A stretch of 64,000 nt of DNA from Oceanispirochaeta sp. Lineage in GTDB: Bacteria > Spirochaetota > Spirochaetia > DSM-2461. Position 1 is the stretch's first letter. Every line of letters starts with the position of its first letter. Positions 59,334-64,000 of this stretch are shown here, piece by piece. The DNA lies in NCBI GenBank assembly GCA_963666275.2, contig CAXXOA010000001.1:256001-320000 (forward strand), in the 5' to 3' direction. The translations under genes and the position numbers were made by a program. The notes beneath the pieces are model-generated. The model did not search any database, was not told the origin of the DNA, and was given only the letters and a program-made list of their open reading frames with translations.

Positions 59334-60209
59334 TCAGGATTCAGCGAGTGCCAGAAGGTCTTCCACCAGATTGCCCGGATTCTCCTCCAGATAGACAATG
59401 GCGATCTCCCGGATGAGAGGGCCCCATTCAAAGGGAATCTCTGTCAGGGTTTTCTCAGCCAGCTCTCTTTCCACGGCTTTCCGGGAGATCACAGTCACTC
59501 CCGCTCCTCTGACGCAGAGTGTTCTGATGGCATTCAGGCTGCCGATCTCCAGGGATACCGCATCGGGAGACAGCCTCTCTCCATGCTGTTCAAGATAGGT
59601 TTCAAAGTATTCCCGCGTTCCTGATCCTGATTCCCGGATTATAAAGGGACATTCCCGTATTTCCATGGCGCCTATGTTTTTGTATTTTCCCCAGGGGGTT
59701 GCCGGGGCTGTTACAAAGATCATCTCATCCCTGCAGAGGATCCTGTGGGAGAACTCTCCTTTTCTGAAAAAACCTTCTATAACAGCAAGATCCAGATTTT
59801 CTTTTTTCAGTTCCTCCAGGATCCGTTCGGTATTCCCGATTTGAACCGTCAGCTTTCTCAGGGGATCCCGGTTCTGCAGGCTCTGCAGATAGGAGGGGAG
59901 GATATACTCTCCTACGGTGAGGGTGGCTCCTATGGTATAGGAGCGGCGTCCGCCCCGGAAGGAAGCCAGTTCCCGTCTTATCCGGCTCATCCGGTTTTCC
60001 TGCTTCTGGACTTCCTGCAAAAGGAATCTGCCCGCCTCGGTCAGTCTGAGATACTTTCCCTTTTTAGAAAAAAGCGGGACGCCGTACTCTCTCTCCAGAG
60101 CTTTGATCTGCTGGGATACGGCGGGCTGGGTCAGTCCGAGGATCTCTCCGGTTTTTGTGATATTCTCCGTTTCTCCCGCCAGGAGGAATGTTTTTAAACG
60201 AAAATCCAT
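59334..60209 (-). CDS. LysR regulator (YeiE/CysL-like)
   Basis: TQPAVSQQIKALE, GATLTVGEY, RESGSGTR. Confidence 0.92.
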   Translation of the reverse strand: MDFRLKTFLLAGETENITKTGEILGLTQPAVSQQIKALEREYGVPLFSKKGKYLRLTEAGRFLLQEVQKQENRMSRIRRELASFRGGRRSYTIGATLTVGEYILPSYLQSLQNRDPLRKLTVQIGNTERILEELKKENLDLAVIEGFFRKGEFSHRILCRDEMIFVTAPATPWGKYKNIGAMEIRECPFIIRESGSGTREYFETYLEQHGERLSPDAVSLEIGSLNAIRTLCVRGAGVTVISRKAVERELAEKTLTEIPFEWGPLIREIAIVYLEENPGNLVEDLLALAES

Positions 60210-60320
60210 TCGACCATTATATATAAAATATTATTATAGATAAATAAAAATATATAATTTTTCATTATCATAAGATCCTGATAGTATCCGGGTATCATCA
60301 AAACTTCCCGGAGGTTTCCT

Positions 60321-61319
60321 TTGTTACGTTATATACCCGGCCTGAGTGCCTGCTTTTTTCTGGCTCTGATTTCCCTGGGGCTCAATCACCTCTGGGCTCC
60401 GGCGGGAGCTGCCGTGATCGCCATGTTTCTCGGTATGGTTTTCCGTTACTTCCGGAAGGTTCCGGAAAGCTGGGGTCCCGGTATGGCATTCACATCCAGG
60501 AAACTCCTGAAAACGGCGATTATCTTTCTGGGAGGAAGCATCAACCTGGCAGGGCTCCTTGCGGCGGGGCGGCCCTCCCTCTTTATCATGATTTTTACGC
60601 TGACCGCGGGATTCCTCTCGGCCTGGGTCTTCGGAAAGTATCTGCTGGGAATCCACTTCACCCAGAGGAACCTGATTGCCGTGGGAACGGGGATCTGCGG
60701 TGGAAGCGCCATAGCCGCCCTCTCTCCGGTACTGGAGGCGGATGAACAGGATATTGCCTTTGCCATATCGGCCACCTTCCTTTTTGATGTGCTGGCTGTC
60801 CTTGTCTTTCCCCTGGCCGGGCGGTTTCTGGGGCTCAGCGACTCAGGCTACGGCCTGTGGGCGGGTACATCTGTGAATGATACCAGCTCGGTGGTGGCCG
60901 CCGGGTATGCGTTCAGTGAAAAAGCCGGAGATTTTGCGGCGGTGGTGAAGATGGCCAGGACCACCATGCTCCTGCCTCTGGGGCTTGTACTCAACGGCGT
61001 GATGTTTATCCGAAAGCGGAAGCAGGGGAGAGAAAGTACCGGACAAATCCGGATCTCCCGGCTGATCCCCTGGTTTGTTCTGATTTTTGCCGCTGTTGCT
61101 CTCCTGAACACGTTTATGGGATTTCCCCCGGAAATGAGTCATCTTCTCAAAAGAATCAGTGCCTTTATCATCGCCATGGCTCTGGGAGCCATCGGGTTGA
61201 ATACAGACCTGAGAACTCTGCTGAAAAGCGGTTCCCGCCCCCTTCTCCTGGGAGGAATTGTTTCTCTTGTGGTTGTCTTTGTCAGCCTGGCTGTACAGTT
61301 CCGGGAGGGCCTGGTTTAA
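60321..61319 (+). CDS. YeiH/PSE family membrane exporter
   Basis: GTGICGGSAIAA, GLWAGTSVNDTSSV, VKMART; divergent from LysR. Confidence 0.9.
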   Translation: MLRYIPGLSACFFLALISLGLNHLWAPAGAAVIAMFLGMVFRYFRKVPESWGPGMAFTSRKLLKTAIIFLGGSINLAGLLAAGRPSLFIMIFTLTAGFLSAWVFGKYLLGIHFTQRNLIAVGTGICGGSAIAALSPVLEADEQDIAFAISATFLFDVLAVLVFPLAGRFLGLSDSGYGLWAGTSVNDTSSVVAAGYAFSEKAGDFAAVVKMARTTMLLPLGLVLNGVMFIRKRKQGRESTGQIRISRLIPWFVLIFAAVALLNTFMGFPPEMSHLLKRISAFIIAMALGAIGLNTDLRTLLKSGSRPLLLGGIVSLVVVFVSLAVQFREGLV

Positions 61320-61411
61320 CCCCGGCAGATGTCTGACCATCTTCGGGAATCTCTGTTTTATCCCCTCCGGTCATGTTATAATACAGGTAAGATAATGCAT
61401 GGAGGGGATGA

Positions 61412-62794
61412 ATGAGCTCAATTCTGATCAGAAACTGCGAAGCCCTGTTTCAGTCGGCGGACAAACCGGTCTTAAGGCAGTGTGACATTTTTATAGAGGA
61501 CAACAGGATCAGCCGGATCGGCAGGAACCTGCAGGTCACGGCGGAACGGGTGATCCCCGGAGAAAAAAAGGTTGTTCTGCCCGGGCTCATCAACACTCAT
61601 CATCACTTCTATCAGACCTTTACCCGGAATCTTCCGGCTGTTCAGAACGCAGAGCTTTTTGAGTGGCTTGTCTATCTGTACGATGTGTGGAAGCATTTTG
61701 ACATAGACAGCGTGTATCACTCCTCCCTCCTTGCCATGGGGGAGCTCCTTAAAACAGGATGCACCACCTCCACAGACCATCACTACCTTTATCCAAGGGA
61801 TATCGACGGAGATATCATGGCGTCCCAGTTTGCCGCCGCGGAAACCCTGGGTATGCGGTTTTCGCCTACCAGAGGTTCCATGTCTCTCAGCAAAAAAGAC
61901 GGTGGTCTTCCTCCGGATTCGGTGGTTCAGACCGAAGAGGAGATCATGAAAGACTCTCTGAGAGTTATAAAAACCTATCATGACAACTCTGAGTTCTCCA
62001 TGAAGAAAGTGGTTCTGGCGCCCTGCAGCCCCTTCTCCGTCACCGAGCAGCTCATGAAGGATTCCGCGGCTCTGGCCCGGGAGTACGGTGTCCGCCTGCA
62101 TACCCATCTGGCCGAGACCAGGGATGAAACAGCCTTCTGCCAGGAGATGTACGGCAGACGTCCGCTGAAACTGATGGAGGACTGCGATTTTCTGGGTGAA
62201 GACGTTTTCTTTGCCCATGGTATCCACTTCAACGATGAGGAACTGGATCAGCTGGCTGCCACGGGAACCCATATAGCCCACTGTCCCACATCCAATATGC
62301 GTCTGGGATCGGGAATCTGCCGGGTGACGGAAATGCTCCCTAAAGGGATCAATGTGGCTCTGGGAGTGGACGGATCGGCTTCCAACGATGCCTCGGATAT
62401 GCTGGGCGAAGTCAGAAATGCCCTGATGCTGCAGAGGGTTCATTACGGTGCCGCCGCCGTTACCGCATCAGATGTTCTGAAAGTGGCTACTGAAAACGGA
62501 GCCAGGCTGCTGGGATTTCCCAAAGTGGGAAAACTGGAGATCGGTATGGCTGCGGATCTGGCAATATTCAATGTGGATAAGCTGGAATATGCCGGAGCTC
62601 TGAGCGATCCGGTAGCGGCACTTATCTTTTCAGGTTACAATCATGAAACGGAATATACCATTGTGAACGGCCGGGTCGTTGTGGAAAAGGGAAAACTGAC
62701 CGGCATGGACGAAGAGAAACTGAAAGATTCCTGTATGAATCTTTCAGCCTCTCTCTGGAAAAAAGGGGGAGTGACAACTGGAGAGCCGTCCTAG
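61412..62794 (+). CDS. Amidohydrolase (8-oxoguanine deaminase/SsnA-like)
   Basis: PGLINTHHH, APCSPFSV, HTHLAE, HCPTSN, GVDGSASND. Confidence 0.88.
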   Translation: MSSILIRNCEALFQSADKPVLRQCDIFIEDNRISRIGRNLQVTAERVIPGEKKVVLPGLINTHHHFYQTFTRNLPAVQNAELFEWLVYLYDVWKHFDIDSVYHSSLLAMGELLKTGCTTSTDHHYLYPRDIDGDIMASQFAAAETLGMRFSPTRGSMSLSKKDGGLPPDSVVQTEEEIMKDSLRVIKTYHDNSEFSMKKVVLAPCSPFSVTEQLMKDSAALAREYGVRLHTHLAETRDETAFCQEMYGRRPLKLMEDCDFLGEDVFFAHGIHFNDEELDQLAATGTHIAHCPTSNMRLGSGICRVTEMLPKGINVALGVDGSASNDASDMLGEVRNALMLQRVHYGAAAVTASDVLKVATENGARLLGFPKVGKLEIGMAADLAIFNVDKLEYAGALSDPVAALIFSGYNHETEYTIVNGRVVVEKGKLTGMDEEKLKDSCMNLSASLWKKGGVTTGEPS

Positions 62795-62873
62795 GGAGAC
62801 TCTCTATGCCGTCACTGCTTTCATCCGCTTTTTGAATATAAAAACGGAGCTAAAAATCGAGGAGGATTGCGCT

Positions 62874-63668
62874 GTGAGCAGCCACTTTCTAAAACCCAAA
62901 ACTATTGAAGAAGCCCTGGAGCTGAAAAAACAGTATCCCGGCAGTCTGTTTCTGGGAGGAGGCACCGAGATAAACAATCCGGGTTCCTCTTCGCATGCAG
63001 ATACTCTTATATCCCTGGAGGCTCTCAATCTGAAAGCCTGTGTCAGAGGGCAGCATCACTTTATCATCGGCGCTTCCGCCACATTTCAGGAACTCATTGA
63101 GTGGGATGAGTGCCTGCCCGCCCTCAGGGATGCGGCAGGATTCCTTTTCTCCAGGAATGTCAGGAATATGGCGACTGTGGGGGGCAATATCGGTGTGCAT
63201 CTGAAAGAGTCCTATCTGGTTCCCATCCTGATGGCTCTGGATGCGGATCTCGAGCTGGGGGATGATCAGGTCATCTCTCTGGAGCAGTATGTGGAGGAAA
63301 ACAGGTCCGATCTGATACTGAATATCCGTTTTGCTCACTCTCCTGCCAGATGTGCCGTGAAAAATATGACGCGATCCTCCGGCGGGGAGATGATTGTCTC
63401 TGCTGCGGTCTGTGTTGAATCAGAAGGGGACCGTATTACAAAAGCCGCCATCTCCGTGGGAGGTCTGTTCGATAAAGTGAAGAGGCTTCATGACGTGGAG
63501 GATGCCCTCGTCCGGGGTGATCTTAAAACCGGCGAAGAGATACAGGATGCGGTTAACAGCACTGTTGAGGCAGAAGATAACTATCTGGGCAGCGCTGCCT
63601 ATAAAAAATATGTCTGCGGGATTATTGCAGCTGACTGTGTCGCCCGCTGTATGAGGGGGGATGTATGA
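62874..63668 (+). CDS. Molybdoenzyme FAD subunit (YgfM-like)
   Basis: LGGGTEIN, RNVRNMATVGGN, GSAAYKKY; GTG 62874 with GGAGG RBS. Confidence 0.8.
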   Translation: MSSHFLKPKTIEEALELKKQYPGSLFLGGGTEINNPGSSSHADTLISLEALNLKACVRGQHHFIIGASATFQELIEWDECLPALRDAAGFLFSRNVRNMATVGGNIGVHLKESYLVPILMALDADLELGDDQVISLEQYVEENRSDLILNIRFAHSPARCAVKNMTRSSGGEMIVSAAVCVESEGDRITKAAISVGGLFDKVKRLHDVEDALVRGDLKTGEEIQDAVNSTVEAEDNYLGSAAYKKYVCGIIAADCVARCMRGDV

Positions 63669-64000
63669 GTCAGACCATAAGTATGGAGTGGAGCCTCAAC
63701 GGAAAGCATCTTTTTTCAGAAGTGGATCCTTTTATCAATGCTCAGGTTTTTCTGAAAAGCATGGGAATGCTTTCTGTCCGGGACAGCGATGATCATGCGG
63801 GTTTTACCGGCAGTGATACCATCCTGCTGGATGGAAAGCCCGTGAATGCGGGGCTTCTGATCACAGGCCAGCTGGACGGTCATGAAGTGACTACGGGAGA
63901 AGCCCTTTCATTGGGGAATTCCATGGACCCCGTTCAGGCGGCCCTTGTGGACGCAGGAGTGGTTCAGTCGGGGTATAACTCCCCCGCGGCGGCTCTTATC
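63665..64000 (+). CDS. XdhD-like fused molybdopterin oxidoreductase, N-terminal part (runs off window; not in ORF track)
   Basis: Manual translation MSQTISMEWSLNG...SVRDSDDHAGFTGSDTILLDG...VDAGVVQSGYNSPAAALI, the Cys-less Fe-S-like domain of E. coli XdhD type. Confidence 0.8.
   Translation, partial: MSQTISMEWSLNGKHLFSEVDPFINAQVFLKSMGMLSVRDSDDHAGFTGSDTILLDGKPVNAGLLITGQLDGHEVTTGEALSLGNSMDPVQAALVDAGVVQSGYNSPAAALI

Overview
Gene-dense bacterial chromosomal window, most likely from a free-living halotolerant anaerobic spirochaete (inferred from the long RecJ, MCP style, Lon/RecO neighbourhood and a spirochaete-type secreted protein). Housekeeping genes (lon, recO, thpR, pdp, recJ, rpsU, slyX) alternate with accessory metabolism: an inositol-type module (iolG, ROK regulator, TIM-barrel isomerase), an ectABC-ask ectoine cluster, two xanthine-dehydrogenase-family molybdoenzyme loci, a GH1/GH43 oligosaccharide ABC locus with a YesM/YesN-like two-component system, a tagatose/galactitol-like catabolic operon, and an aldehyde:ferredoxin oxidoreductase (YdhV-like) operon with its own tatABC. 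Highlights read from the sequence: (1) a 61-aa bacterial histone-fold gene; (2) a P3-less Moco/Wco-type riboswitch whose Shine-Dalgarno feeds a 7-codon uORF overlapping the first gene of a Tat-exported AOR operon; (3) one operator palindrome (AGTGTTYTAAAACACW) linking two loci 21 kb apart into a probable new sugar/polyol pathway; (4) rpsU, absent from the ORF track, starting at a non-canonical ATC behind a 9-nt perfect SD; (5) a RAYT transposase carrying its own REP and an 18-bp tandem array inside the coding sequence; (6) an MCP broken by one in-frame TAG; (7) an EctR-like operator upstream of ectA with no regulator in the window; (8) several apparently leaderless genes. No rRNA, tRNA or CRISPR array was seen. 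All family assignments are from motif recognition, not database searches.
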